NCBI GenBank assembly: GCA_964276515.1
Contig: OZ193909.1
Span: 3,968,001-4,032,000, forward strand
DNA from: Gordius albopunctatus
Taxonomy: Eukaryota
Direction: 5' to 3'
DNA length: 64,000 bases
Part shown: positions 23,801 through 38,081 of the stretch, in pieces
Numbering within the stretch: position 1 is the stretch's first letter
How the letters are laid out: the number at the start of each line of letters is the position of its first letter
Program-made: the position numbers and the translations under genes
The notes under the pieces: model-generated
Seen by the model: only the letters and a program-made list of their open reading frames with translations
Told to the model about the DNA's origin: nothing
The model's database searches: none

Positions 23801-26800
23801 TCTTAAGACCTTTATAAACACATTTTCAAAATTTGAAAGGTTTAAAAAAATACTTAAAAAGTTATAGGAAGTTAAAAAATGGGGTCAAATATACCCCACG
23901 AATGCTCTCGCGTTCGTGATTTTCAGGAGTGCTCTCGAGGGTTAATAACGTCGTTAATTTGTTTCATAAAATTTTGAGATAAATTTGGCTTGTTCGTGAT
24001 AACTGTGAAGGTGTACAAAGGTCACAACACCATAGAAATTGGTGCAACTCGTTCATAATGAGTTATTTGAGTTTTAAATAGAAACTATTGAACTATAAGT
24101 GATATCAAAATCTTACTTTTGCGGTGTTTTAAGAAGAATATTGCAAATAATAATTAAATGACATTATTTATAAGTGAGTTAAAAATTTATATATAACTTA
24201 CGTAAGAAATTCAAGTCACTGTTAATATTTCAAAACTTATATTGATTTATATTTGGGTATTGAAGATAGATATATTTATGACTCTAATCAAGATATTAAT
24301 AAATTTAACATTAAAAATTATCGCACTTCCTATCCATTTAAAACAAAGCAACTAGATGCTATAAGGAGTTAAAAGAGGTTTAAAGAAAGTCGATCTTAAA
24401 ATTAGAAGGCAGTAATCAAGGTTATTTAAAATATGAAACCTTATTACAATTTTATATTTAAAAATCTTTTTTAGCTATAACTAAATCATAGAAAAAAATA
24501 TATATATATATTCTAAAATTTCTGACTTTATCAAATTCTCAAATTTAATGATTAATTCCGTTTTTTGTTATTACATTTTACTAGGGACGAATATAATATA
24601 ACAACATTGTTAATATTACCCGTCACAGTATCTTATATAGCTGGCTAATAATCATTCTAAGATTAATCTAAACTAAAAATTAGATTATATTTGAAAATTG
24701 GAAACCATCAGGTTGAGATGTATGTGATTATCGATTATTATTTCGAATGATTTTCACATGTTTATAATATTTTTTATTTTAACTCCGACATTTTAGGAGC
24801 TTACAGTTTGGAAATTTAACAAAATTTCCTTCAATAGATATAATGACTTTTTCATCAATTTTTTTATGAAAAATTTGTAGTTTCTAGATTTAAAGTTTAA
24901 GATAAGAATAAATGACTTAAAAGGTCTGGGTCCCCTTATTAAATTATATCAAAATTGAAAAATTCAATAATCATATCTTAAATTCACCTCTAATGTATTT
25001 GTTAGTTTGTAGTTGTAAGCATATGAAAAATGGAAACAAATGCTCTTGGGAAGGCAAATGCGAATGCCCAATCGGCAAATATGGAAGCAACTGCAGTTCA
25101 AGTATATATATATATATATATATATAATTTTTATATATAAGATTTAGTCTTTGTTTTAATAAGTTTCATCCATCTTGACGTTATGAAATTATGTTTAATC
25201 ATTATCCTATATATATATCGCGTGTGTTATTTAACTATTTTATTATTATGGACATGTCTAGGGGTGCCTATCCCCCCTCTTTTAATTGCTATGCATTTCA
25301 TGGTTAATACATATTATTATATATTAAGCCAAATGAGGATTAGAATTTAAAAATATCATCAGTATGCATCTCAGTTAATCATGAGCATCTTCTTTGCATC
25401 CCCATTTGAGTAAAATCTGACTTAGCCCATCATAAATTCCACCTTAACTACTCTCTATTACCAACTTATTTTTTTATAATAAATTTTTGAATACCAAATT
25501 TTCAATGATTAAAGCAATAAATGATCAAAACATCCTACCTTAAAAATTCATTTTCAGTGATAAGTTAATTTAAAAAATGAATTTTTTAACACTCTCTGTG
25601 TTGTAATTTCAGGAGTTCTCTAGGTACACCTCTCAATCATTGATTTAAATTTTACAGCATATTTATTTAGGGGGAAGAATTTTATTGTGATTTCAGTAGT
25701 AAAATATATAATTCAATTTACTCCTCATTTTTAAATTCTACCATTTTTACATCTTAAACTCATAGTTACCTATTTAAAATGACTACTTCATAGATTTATT
25801 CTCATATAATTTCAATAAATAAAAAGCCATATTTTTATTTAATATAAAATTTTTTTTACCAAATTGCACATCTTCTGTAATTTTAAATGCAAGGAGTAAT
25901 AATTTTGAATCGTTAATAGATTGCGAATGCCATGAACGCAATTCCAAATCTGCCGAATGCAAATGCCATTATGAACGCGATTCAAAATCTGGTGAATGCA
26001 AATGCCATAAAGGCGATCCCAAATCTGGCGAATGCAATAGAAAGCGTTGTTATTGCAAAACAGGGTTTTATGGCGACGATTGCAGTAAAGGTATTGGTGA
26101 ATGTCATTTATATAAAAAATAAATAAATAAAGCTCGCTTGTTTTGCTATAAAATTAGATAATACAGATTGGCAAAACATTTGACTAGTGATGATTATGTT
26201 TTAATACGTATTAATGATGAACACATGAAGTCTGGTTTAACATGTTTTATAAATTAGGGCTTTGTAAAGATTGTCAAATCCTTTATTTTTATTATTAAAC
26301 CAAAACACGCAATGATAAAAATCAAATAACAGCGAAATTAAATATAAGCGAGGGTGTTGGTAAGGATGATAAAAAATTTAGCAGGTTTGATGATTAGATA
26401 ACTAGCTAGGTGCAGTTGAAAGCTATGTCAACAATGTGATGTTGGTAGAATAAGATGTGATCGCAAAAGTAATGAATAAATGGAATATCCAGAGGAGCAG
26501 AGTAACGTTGGAGTGAGTCCTGTAATCCTTTTATATATGTTTGATAAATCTGGAAAAATCTATATATTTCTCGTAAAAAAAAACAATTTGGTACATGCCA
26601 ATAAAAATACCAGTTTAACTGCAGTTGGATACATCGAAATCGCCACAGCTTAATTAAAGTGACAATAACATGCGTTTTCAACCATTTCTGATTGACCTAT
26701 AAGTTTAAAAGTCTTTAAATTATTTCTAGGGGAACCTTATAAATCTATTAACATATGGAAATAACTTTTTAGATTATTCCAAAAAAATGAGCTTTTTACG

Positions 26801-27798
26801 TAATGTTGTTGGGATGCTTCCGCTAGATTCAACGTCTTCCATTCTAAGGCTGTATTAATTACAAATGCTCTTAGAATGGTAAATTTTGTTATTGATACTT
26901 CAGATAAAAAAGTTTTTCATTTAAGAAAAAAACGAAATTAGTAACATTCTTTTATACAATAACAATACTAATATACAGCGAGGTTTCTGGCACTGATACC
27001 AATGTGTCTCTAAAAGTGTTAAAACACCTTGATACATTATTAAAAATATGATCTCGATATTCTTCCCACAAGCTACTGGTATGCTTCAAAGATTATCTTA
27101 ATTTAAAAGAACATTTTATATGATTCTTATGAGTTTAGTGCTCAACTAAATATTTTTGATTTACCGAATATTATATATATTATTTTACGTATTTATACTA
27201 ATTTTGTATAAATCTAGAATGCCCGAAAAATTGCATTAACGCCTACGGACGTAACGACTGCAACATTGAAGGCGAATGCATATGCCTAGATGGCTATGCT
27301 GGGGATCGATGTCAAAATGTAATGCATGGAATATCTTGAGCTAATATACCTGTTCTCATAAATCAGCATAAAAAATGGCTAATCATTTGAGATGGAAAAC
27401 TAAGACGATTGTCAAATTTGTCTCTTTAGCGTAGTGTAGTAAAAACGGTTGGGTTTTATTTGGTCGACCTTCGGTTTTAGTGGATTAAACATAAACAAAC
27501 CAAAGGTTTTTTGGTCTGTTCTCCTTAGTCGACCTCTAGACTTAGTCGAAATTTTAAAAATAGACCAGAGTCGAGCATTTTGCAAATCAAATTCCTCAAA
27601 AGTGCACCGTATCTACTTGTTTCACTATAGATCGGGTGTGTTGAAAGCTATACAAGTTTCGCTGTTGATCTCAGAGCATCATAAAAACTATTAGTTAAAT
27701 AAATTAAGAAACCAATAAATATTATTCTATTTTTCTAGAAGTCAACATCCGATCCAATAAAAGAATGGCTTCAACTTAACGCCCCAAAAATAACATAA
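20845..27798 (+). CDS. EGF-like repeat gene, copy 2 (complete)
   Basis: Same exons as copy 1 at +18,273. Codon 2 is CAA (Gln) instead of GAA (Glu). Confidence 0.88.
21786..22728 (-). mobile_element. RTE-like LINE copy
   Basis: Identical at +18,273. Confidence 0.8.
23387..23941. mobile_element. piggyBac-type MITE copy
   Basis: Same termini and TTAA duplication. Confidence 0.9.
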
Positions 27799-30422
27799 CA
27801 TGGCTTATTATTTTTTACATATACCCTTATAGCTTTGTGTAATTTATATTATTTACACTAATAAATTTCCATATTAATTGCTATCGATGTATGCTTTATA
27901 ATAGGACATTTTTTGGTATACACAAAATATTTTATCATGATAAAATACAAATATTATAATTTATTTAAAAAAAATTAGAACCTTATTATTATTATGATCT
28001 GTTATCAAGAATCTATGAGAAAAAAATCTTACCAATAACTTTTATTTAAAAATCGTTAAAATATTTATTTGAAACGAATTCACCTTGGTCATGTTATATT
28101 GCGACGCGCTTTATTGTCAACTTCTATTTGTCCTCGCAAACTTAAAAGGTTCGCCAAAGTTTTATTCTGTAGATGGGATTATATGGATGAATCTTGCTGA
28201 TATAAACTCATATCAATATTATATCTTACTTAACACCATCACTAGAGGCAATAACGTTTAAAGAGAGGCAAAATGAGAATTTTATGAAATTTTAAAGTAT
28301 TTTCGGATTTAGAGGGCGCCAGCTGCCCCTCCCTACCACCCCCTGACGCCATGATAACTAATAAAGTCATGGCGAAATTAGTTATAGCGATTTATTAACC
28401 ATTACTTTACTTTATTGTGATTTGTGAACATATTAATGCCTTCCATCGAAATTTCTCGTAACAAATTAACTCCAAAGATAACTGATAAACAATTCTGCAA
28501 GAATCGATAGATTAAAGACGAATGCAAAAGTCAAAATTTCATCAAAAGAGTCTACCAAAAAATTTGGCAACAAAATACATGCCTTTTATTTAAACGAATT
28601 TTTGGGAGCATAACCTTCTTCATACCTGGCTAATAATATAGAATTATATTTGACACTGTATCACAAAACTATTTAAGACTAACTAATATCGATCATGGCA
28701 ATCAAAATCTGACTAATACAATGATTTTTATGGTTAAAAAGTTTATTTTAATGAAACAAAGTTACATAAATAAGCTAAATACAAAAATAAATAAAGACCT
28801 ATTAGTTAGATACATAGATCTATATCATGATCTCCTGAAATGGGCCATCAGTCGGCAAAGGATTTATAGTTGTATCGTAGAATAATAATCCCTAGTTGTT
28901 GCCTGAGTAAAAAGGACTAAGAAATTTTAGATTTCGGTGAGCGTTTTCCGATTTCTTTAAAAAACCCCATTACCTGCTTACCAAAAGAACAGGAGCACGA
29001 GGCAACGACAGTGATAAAAATATTGGATGCCAAAAGGGCAGAGTACTTTGTAGTTTTACGCCCTTTTGCTGCAGCGATAGGGTCGTAATTAAAATGGGAA
29101 GAGGCAAATATGTCAATACAAGTAAAATCCCATTTGAGGGATAGGCTATTTTGCCAGGGGACTAGAGAAGAACTGTCAGGGCGCATCCTACCTTCAAGAG
29201 AGGGATCTAACGGCTCACGGATTGAGGGGATTGCATGGGTAGGCTTCAAGCCACTCGTGACTGGGACCATAAAAAGCGAGGGACCTAAGGTTGTAATGCT
29301 GGCTATCATCGCTGCTCGATAAAAGGTAATCAACGGAGCGCGATACTAGTCAAGAATCCCAATCTTGTCTCGTACTTTGAGGTTAAATAGTCTCTGGTGT
29401 CACATTCAAATTCCAAAGCTCCAAGGCTTGAGTTAACAGAGGGTCGGAATCATATGTTGTGAGATTAAAAATTGAGTTTTGGACTGACTTAAAAGAGGAA
29501 ATAAAAGCAGCTAGCGATAGGCTGCCGCCAGGACGAATTCCTGATCCTCCATATTTGGTTGGAAGGGATGCTTGAATCCGATTGTTAGTATTAAATTTTA
29601 AATTTTTTCTAATAAAGTTTTTAAAAAGCCTTCGTGCGACTTTAAAACGTGTTGGTGTCAAAATGCAGCAGATGAGCGAAAACAATGATAAATCTTTTAA
29701 ATGTTGAAATAGTTTTTGATTAAGTAAAAAATGTGATGTGCAGGCAAGCATTTTAAAAGTTCCGTTTTAGATTTTAATATTTCGAGGTTCTTATGAAGCA
29801 AATTTAAAAGAGATTTTTCGCCGCCAATGGATGATCCCAAAAGGTAGGAAAGACCGGGGCTAGTCGTAGCCCGGGGTTACTATTATCTTTCTAATTATTT
29901 TGTAAAATAATATTGATATTAAAGCAAAATTTAAACCATATGTGTATTTTTCCATAAGCCATAAGCAAAAAAATATGCTTAGAAAAAATAAAATTTAAAA
30001 TTTATATTGAGAAAAAACTATTTTTCGGGGCTATTAGTAGCCTTTACAAAATTTTTTATTTAGCACATAAAATTTTTTAGGCTGAATATTTTGGATGTAT
30101 TTAACTTTTATCTTATAAAGGGAGATTTCTATATAAAAATTGTCTAATGATTAAATTTTTATATGCAATATAACATCTTAAACTTTTAATTGTTTATGAA
30201 AATAGGGGTCGGGGCTAGTCGGAGAGGGGCTATTGCTAGCCATTTTTTATTAAAAAACAAAAAATTTTGTTTAATAATCTAACATAGTGTTATTTGGAAT
30301 AGAAATAGACTATGATTATACATTATAAAACGACTAAAAGTCTTTTTCCATTGCTAAATCCGCCTTTTGAGTGTTCTTAAGTCAGATTATCATCTTGACT
30401 CTATTTTTATTTCTTTTATATA

Positions 30423-30622
30423 NNNNNNNNNNNNNNNNNNNNNNNNNNNNNNNNNNNNNNNNNNNNNNNNNNNNNNNNNNNNNNNNNNNNNNNNNNNNNN
30501 NNNNNNNNNNNNNNNNNNNNNNNNNNNNNNNNNNNNNNNNNNNNNNNNNNNNNNNNNNNNNNNNNNNNNNNNNNNNNNNNNNNNNNNNNNNNNNNNNNNN
30601 NNNNNNNNNNNNNNNNNNNNNN
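30423..30622. other. Assembly gap (200 N) at the orientation switch
   Basis: N run. Confidence 0.99.
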
Positions 30623-30958
30623 TGTATAGCTTTCAACACACCCGATCTATAGTGAAACAAGTAGATACGGTGCACTTTTGAGGAATTTGATTTGCAAAAT
30701 GCTCGACTCTGGTCTATTTTTAAAATTTCGACTAAGTCTAGAGGTCGACTAAGGAGAACAGACCAAAAAACCTTTGGTTTGTTTATGTTTAATCCACTAA
30801 AACCGAAGGTCGACCAAATAAAACCCAACCGTTTTTACTACACTACGCTAAAGAGACAAATTTGACAATCGTCTTAGTTTTCCATCTCAAATGATTAGCC
30901 ATTTTTTATGCTGATTTATGAGAACAGGTATATTAGCTCAAGATATTCCATGCATTAC

Positions 30959-33900
30959 ATTTTGACATCGATCCCCAGCATAGCCATCTAGGCATATGCA
31001 TTCGCCTTCAATGTTGCAGTCGTTACGTCCGTAGGCGTTAATGCAATTTTTCGGGCATTCTAGATTTATACAAAATTAGTATAAATACGTAAAATAATAT
31101 ATATAATATTCGGTAAATCAAAAATATTTAGTTGAGCACTAAACTCATAAGAATCATATAAAATGTTCTTTTAAATTAAGATAATCTTTGAAGCATACCA
31201 GTAGCTTGTGGGAAGAATATCGAGATCATATTTTTAATAATGTATCAAGGTGTTTTAACACTTTTAGAGACACATTGGTATCAGTGCCAGAAACCTCGCT
31301 GTATATTAGTATTGTTATTGTATAAAAGAATGTTACTAATTTCGTTTTTTTCTTAAATGAAAAACTTTTTTATCTGAAGTATCAATAACAAAATTTACCA
31401 TTCTAAGAGCATTTGTAATTAATACAGCCTTAGAATGGAAGACGTTGAATCTAGCGGAAGCATCCCAACAACATTACGTAAAAAGCTCATTTTTTTGGAA
31501 TAATCTAAAAAGTTATTTCCATATGTTAATAGATTTATAAGGTTCCCCTAGAAATAATTTAAAGACTTTTAAACTTATAGGTCAATCAGAAATGGTTGAA
31601 AACGCATGTTATTGTCACTTTAATTAAGCTGTGGCGATTTCGATGTATCCAACTGCAGTTAAACTGGTATTTTTATTGGCATGTACCAAATTGTTTTTTT
31701 TTACGAGAAATATATAGATTTTTCCAGATTTATCAAACATATATAAAAGGATTACAGGACTCACTCCAACGTTACTCTGCTCCTCTGGATATTCCATTTA
31801 TTCATTACTTTTGCGATCACATCTTATTCTACCAACATCACATTGTTGACATAGCTTTCAACTGCACCTAGCTAGTTATCTAATCATCAAACCTGCTAAA
31901 TTTTTTATCATCCTTACCAACACCCTCGCTTATATTTAATTTCGCTGTTATTTGATTTTTATCATTGCGTGTTTTGGTTTAATAATAAAAATAAAGGATT
32001 TGACAATCTTTACAAAGCCCTAATTTATAAAACATGTTAAACCAGACTTCATGTGTTCATCATTAATACGTATTAAAACATAATCATCACTAGTCAAATG
32101 TTTTGCCAATCTGTATTATCTAATTTTATAGCAAAACAAGCGAGCTTTATTTATTTATTTTTTATATAAATGACATTCACCAATACCTTTACTGCAATCG
32201 TCGCCATAAAACCCTGTTTTGCAATAACAACGCTTTCTATTGCATTCGCCAGATTTGGGATCGCCTTTATGGCATTTGCATTCACCAGATTTTGAATCGC
32301 GTTCATAATGGCATTTGCATTCGGCAGATTTGGAATTGCGTTCATGGCATTCGCAATCTATTAACGATTCAAAATTATTACTCCTTGCATTTAAAATTAC
32401 AGAAGATGTGCAATTTGGTAAAAAAAATTTTATATTAAATAAAAATATGGCTTTTTATTTATTGAAATTATATGAGAATAAATCTATGAAGTAGTCATTT
32501 TAAATAGGTAACTATGAGTTTAAGATGTAAAAATGGTAGAATTTAAAAATGAGGAGTAAATTGAATTATATATTTTACTACTGAAATCACAATAAAATTC
32601 TTCCCCCTAAATAAATATGCTGTAAAATTTAAATCAATGATTGAGAGGTGTACCTAGAGAACTCCTGAAATTACAACACAGAGAGTGTTAAAAAATTCAT
32701 TTTTTAAATTAACTTATCACTGAAAATGAATTTTTAAGGTAGGATGTTTTGATCATTTATTGCTTTAATCATTGAAAATTTGGTATTCAAAAATTTATTA
32801 TAAAAAAATAAGTTGGTAATAGAGAGTAGTTAAGGTGGAATTTATGATGGGCTAAGTCAGATTTTACTCAAATGGGGATGCAAAGAAGATGCTCATGATT
32901 AACTGAGATGCATACTGATGATATTTTTAAATTCTAATCCTCATTTGGCTTAATATATAATAATATGTATTAACCATGAAATGCATAGCAATTAAAAGAG
33001 GGGGGATAGGCACCCCTAGACATGTCCATAATAATAAAATAGTTAAATAACACACGCGATATATATATAGGATAATGATTAAACATAATTTCATAACGTC
33101 AAGATGGATGAAACTTATTAAAACAAAGACTAAATCTTATATATAAAAATTATATATATATATATATATATATACTTGAACTGCAGTTGCTTCCATATTT
33201 GCCGATTGGGCATTCGCATTTGCCTTCCCAAGAGCATTTGTTTCCATTTTTCATATGCTTACAACTACAAACTAACAAATACATTAGAGGTGAATTTAAG
33301 ATATGATTATTGAATTTTTCAATTTTGATATAATTTAATAAGGGGACCCAGACCTTTTAAGTCATTTATTCTTATCTTAAACTTTAAATCTAGAAACTAC
33401 AAATTTTTCATAAAAAAATTGATGAAAAAGTCATTATATCTATTGAAGGAAATTTTGTTAAATTTCCAAACTGTAAGCTCCTAAAATGTCGGAGTTAAAA
33501 TAAAAAATATTATAAACATGTGAAAATCATTCGAAATAATAATCGATAATCACATACATCTCAACCTGATGGTTTCCAATTTTCAAATATAATCTAATTT
33601 TTAGTTTAGATTAATCTTAGAATGATTATTAGCCAGCTATATAAGATACTGTGACGGGTAATATTAACAATGTTGTTATATTATATTCGTCCCTGGTAAA
33701 ATGTAATAACAAAAAACGGAATTAATCATTAAATTTGAGAATTTGATAAAGTCAGAAATTTTAGAATATATATATATATTTTTTTCTATGATTTAGTTAT
33801 AGCTAAAAAAGATTTTTAAATATAAAATTGTAATAAGGTTTCATATTTTAAATAACCTTGATTACTGCCTTCTAATTTTAAGATCGACTTTCTTTAAACC

Positions 33901-36900
33901 TCTTTTAACTCCTTATAGCATCTAGTTGCTTTGTTTTAAATGGATAGGAAGTGCGATAATTTTTAATGTTAAATTTATTAATATCTTGATTAGAGTCATA
34001 AATATATCTATCTTCAATACCCAAATATAAATCAATATAAGTTTTGAAATATTAACAGTGACTTGAATTTCTTACGTAAGTTATATATAAATTTTTAACT
34101 CACTTATAAATAATGTCATTTAATTATTATTTGCAATATTCTTCTTAAAACACCGCAAAAGTAAGATTTTGATATCACTTATAGTTCAATAGTTTCTATT
34201 TAAAACTCAAATAACTCATTATGAACGAGTTGCACCAATTTCTATGGTGTTGTGACCTTTGTACACCTTCACAGTTATCACGAACAAGCCAAATTTATCT
34301 CAAAATTTTATGAAACAAATTAACGACGTTATTAACCCTCGAGAGCACTCCTGAAAATCACGAACGCGAGAGCATTCGTGGGGTATATTTGACCCCATTT
34401 TTTAACTTCCTATAACTTTTTAAGTATTTTTTTAAACCTTTCAAATTTTGAAAATGTGTTTATAAAGGTCTTAAGATTGATGGTATAAATTTTGATATGA
34501 ATCTAATCAACATTACAAAACTTATTAACGATTTTCTTGACCCCCATTTTTATTTTGACTATTTTAGAGTTTTACCTCTTGACATCATATACCTTAAAAT
34601 AAATCAAAATAAACGTGATTTTTTATTAAAAGAATGTCCAAAATATATTAAAAACACAAATTGTAAAAGATATCATCAAACAAAAAAAATACATACATTT
34701 TTTCCAATAGAAAAAAACTTACGTGAGAGCATTCGTGGGGTACACAGTTTAAAAAGTAGTGGGCCAAAAGTTATGAAATTTTCCTAAAACTTAGTTCTTG
34801 GTAAAATATTAGGCTACTGAAAAGGCCAGATTAATTCGTTTTTAAATGCATTTTATATTTGTGTTTGGACCCCACGAATGCTCTCGAGGGTTAATAGAGA
34901 ATAATGTACCCGATTCACACAAACGACCATAAAATCCATCTTTGCAAACGCAGTATCCATTATGAGTCCACAGTGTTTGACTCCGAACGCACTCTGTAAT
35001 TGCCCCAAAAATACATTTCATTTTTATTTTTTCAAATCGTTGGCTTATGCCATAGTAAATAGGTTTAGAAGTTACTTACTTTCGTTGCAGAGTTGCCCAA
35101 CAACGTAATCCTGACAAATGCACATTCCGATTGGATTCACCTTTTTAGATGGACATTTACTCACTAAATAAACAATGAAGTTTGTTGCATATGAGTCTAG
35201 CTCAGAATTTTATTATTATTACTATTATATAGAGAGCGTAGTAATAATGTCTTTCATATAGATAAATTTTAACGGTATTTTAATTAAATATGAACTAATT
35301 AATCTTAACCCCCTGCATTGAATTGGTTTTCTATTCATACATGTGTTTCCTTGATTTATACAACATAGATGATTATCAAAATGTTTTAATTGTGGCATTT
35401 AAAAGCAAGTTAAGTCAGCTGCTTTTTACTTTAAATCTCTCATCTGATTAGATGTTGATCCTATATGATATAAAAATTTAGTTTGGGTGAAGGTCATATA
35501 CAAATAAATTAGGTTTTGTTGCAAAGTCCATATTTTGGTAAATGTAAAATAAATCATCCCTGACGCATATGTACAACTTATGAAAAATATGTATCAAACT
35601 TCAACGTGCGTTAGGACGACAGTTGGAGACTCTCAACCTTTTTAGGTTAAAATTGGATTACAAGAATGATCTGCTTTAAATCGTTTTTTATTCAATATAA
35701 TTGTGGATGATAACTAGAGACATTTATAAGCCATCTGCTGTATGCTATATGCCGATGATATATTACTATGCGAAGGGACAAAGGAGAAAGTATTCTAAGA
35801 AGCCAAAAAATGGTCAAAGCGCTCAGCGGAATATGGTTTAAAGGTCAAAAATATAAAAACGGTGTACATGGAGATAAAGGTTATAGACACCACATCATTA
35901 GATGATTATATGAAGTACCCAAAAGTAGATAGGTTTGCATACCTTGACTCGATGCAACATTAGGAGAGAGATTACGCAACACACGTAAATGCCCGGATTC
36001 AAAAAAGATGGCTTAAATGGCGAAGTCTATCACGTGTAATGTGCGACAAGAAAATTCCACTATGGTTGAAGAACAAAGCTTACAAATCCATCGTAAGATT
36101 GGGGTTACTTTACAGAGGCACTATACGTCACGGAAGAAAAGTTGGTACAGGCCATGGAGAAGAGAGTCATATGGTGGAGCCTTGGGTATACTAAGCTCGA
36201 CCATATGTTTCTCAGGACGAAAATGGATATTCAACTTATGACGGACTTAACGAAAAAAGATGGGCACATACTAAGAAGGAAGACGAGTGATGTATTCGAA
36301 AAGTACTGTATATGGGGGTATCGTGGAAAGGAGGAGGAGGACGCTCTTGTCTCATTGCAAGGACAAGTGGACAAAGTTATGAATAATAAGAATATTAACC
36401 AAGACATGGCCCTTACCAATTCAAGATAAAAGAAAACTGTCAAAACAAATCCGACGACAGTGAGATCAAATACTTGATAAAGAAGAAGAAAATTTTCTTA
36501 ATTCTAAATTAATTTTTTGATAGCCAAATCATAAATAACATAACTGATAAATTGGAAATGAATATATTATGTGTCATAATTATTATAACCGTCTTGGCAA
36601 TAGCCTCCGGAATAGTTATCATGGCATATGCACCAACCATAAAAATCACATTCACCAAATGAGCCTTTCAAGTTACACGAACAATCTATTAATAAGCATG
36701 TGAAATATGCGTAAACAAAAGAATATATGTTTTTATAAATGTGTTTTATTGAAAGTATTTAACATTTTTTAACTGTCTATTTTATCAAAGTTATTATTAA
36801 CGTTAAATTTTAGTTAATTTATATAGTATTAAGATTATGAGGCATTATTTAGTGGAACTAGATTTGTAGTTTTAGGCTGTGAAGTGGGCTAATTTTCGAA

Positions 36901-37432
36901 ACGTTTTAATATTATTTACTAACTAATGAAAGCCTTTTACTACTTCTAAATTTTTTAATTCAAAAAAGTTTATTTTAATCCTTTCTGATTTGTTTAAAAA
37001 GAATTGATTGTTTGATTCTGTTCTACAAACCTTAACCAACGAATATAGTTTAAATATCCAAATGAAAAACGATATTTGATTTTTCATATTGAGTTAGGTT
37101 CTAATCGAAATGTTATGACTTTTTTTAAACTTTTTCATTGATACTTTTAAAGGTGTTATTTTACTTTGTGAGCAATCAATTCCATAACTTCCTATAGGAC
37201 ACGCATTGAAATTGTCATTAAATTCTTCGTACGTTAGCGCAAAGTTGACTTTATATAGAACTAAATTTTAAAAAATTTTGGAATTTTAACAAAATATCAA
37301 AATATTGAATAGGTAATTTTTAATAATTTCCAATGATTTAAATCGATATAATTATATTTAATATAAGTCAAATATATATTAAAGCTTACTCGCCAATATA
37401 AATAATAAATATTTATGCATAAAATTTTGCAT
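30959..37432 (-). CDS. EGF-like repeat gene, copy 3 (exons 1-8; cut by the assembly gap before exon 9)
   Basis: Reverse complement of copy 2. The contig begins at 30623, within intron 8. Confidence 0.85.
34336..34890. mobile_element. piggyBac-type MITE copy
   Basis: Same termini and TTAA duplication. Confidence 0.9.
35549..36491 (+). mobile_element. RTE-like LINE copy
   Basis: Reverse complement copy; YADD at about 35748-35759. Confidence 0.8.
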
Positions 37433-37466
37433 TACGACTTTAATTTGTATAATTTTCAAATAATAT

Positions 37467-37922
37467 CTCAACTAATTAATTGTTATTATATATATTTGTA
37501 CTTTAGCTCGTTTTACTCAACTAATTAATTATTATTATTATTAATACTTCAGCTCGTTTTACTAAACTAATTAATTGTTACTATTAATATTTGTACTTCC
37601 GTTCGTTTTACTCAACTAATTAATTTTTACTATTAAAATTTGTACTTTAGCTCGTTTTACTCAACTAATTAATTGTTATTATTAATATTTGTACTTTAGC
37701 TCGTTTTACTCAACTAATTAATTGTTACTATTAATATTTGTACTTTAGCTCGTTTTACTCAACTAATTAATTGTTATTATTAATATTTGTACTTTAGCTC
37801 GTTTTACTCAACTAATTAATTGTTATTGTTAATAGTTGTACTTTAGCTCGTTTTACTCAACTAATTAATTGTTATTATTAATATTTGTACTTCAGCTCGT
37901 TTTATTCAACTAATTAATTGTT
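37467..37922. repeat. 49-bp minisatellite copy
   Basis: Reverse complement of 20355-20810. Confidence 0.95.
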
Positions 37923-38081
37923 ATATTAGAAATTAGTAAATAAATTGCAGGTTAATGATTGTTGGCTTATAAATGACAATACACTAATCATTTATTAATT
38001 TCATTCTTTATACTTTATTAAATCATTTTTGCTACCTATATATACATCAAATTATGACGATTAAAAAATAATTCATTTAAG

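Larger units (their letters stand above)
13605..30422 (+). repeat. Near-complete copy of the full 18.7-kb unit, + orientation
   Basis: ORFs repeat at a +18,273 offset from contig 1 (e.g. 3561 and 21834). It is the reverse complement of contig 3 (paired coordinates sum to 58277). Confidence 0.95.
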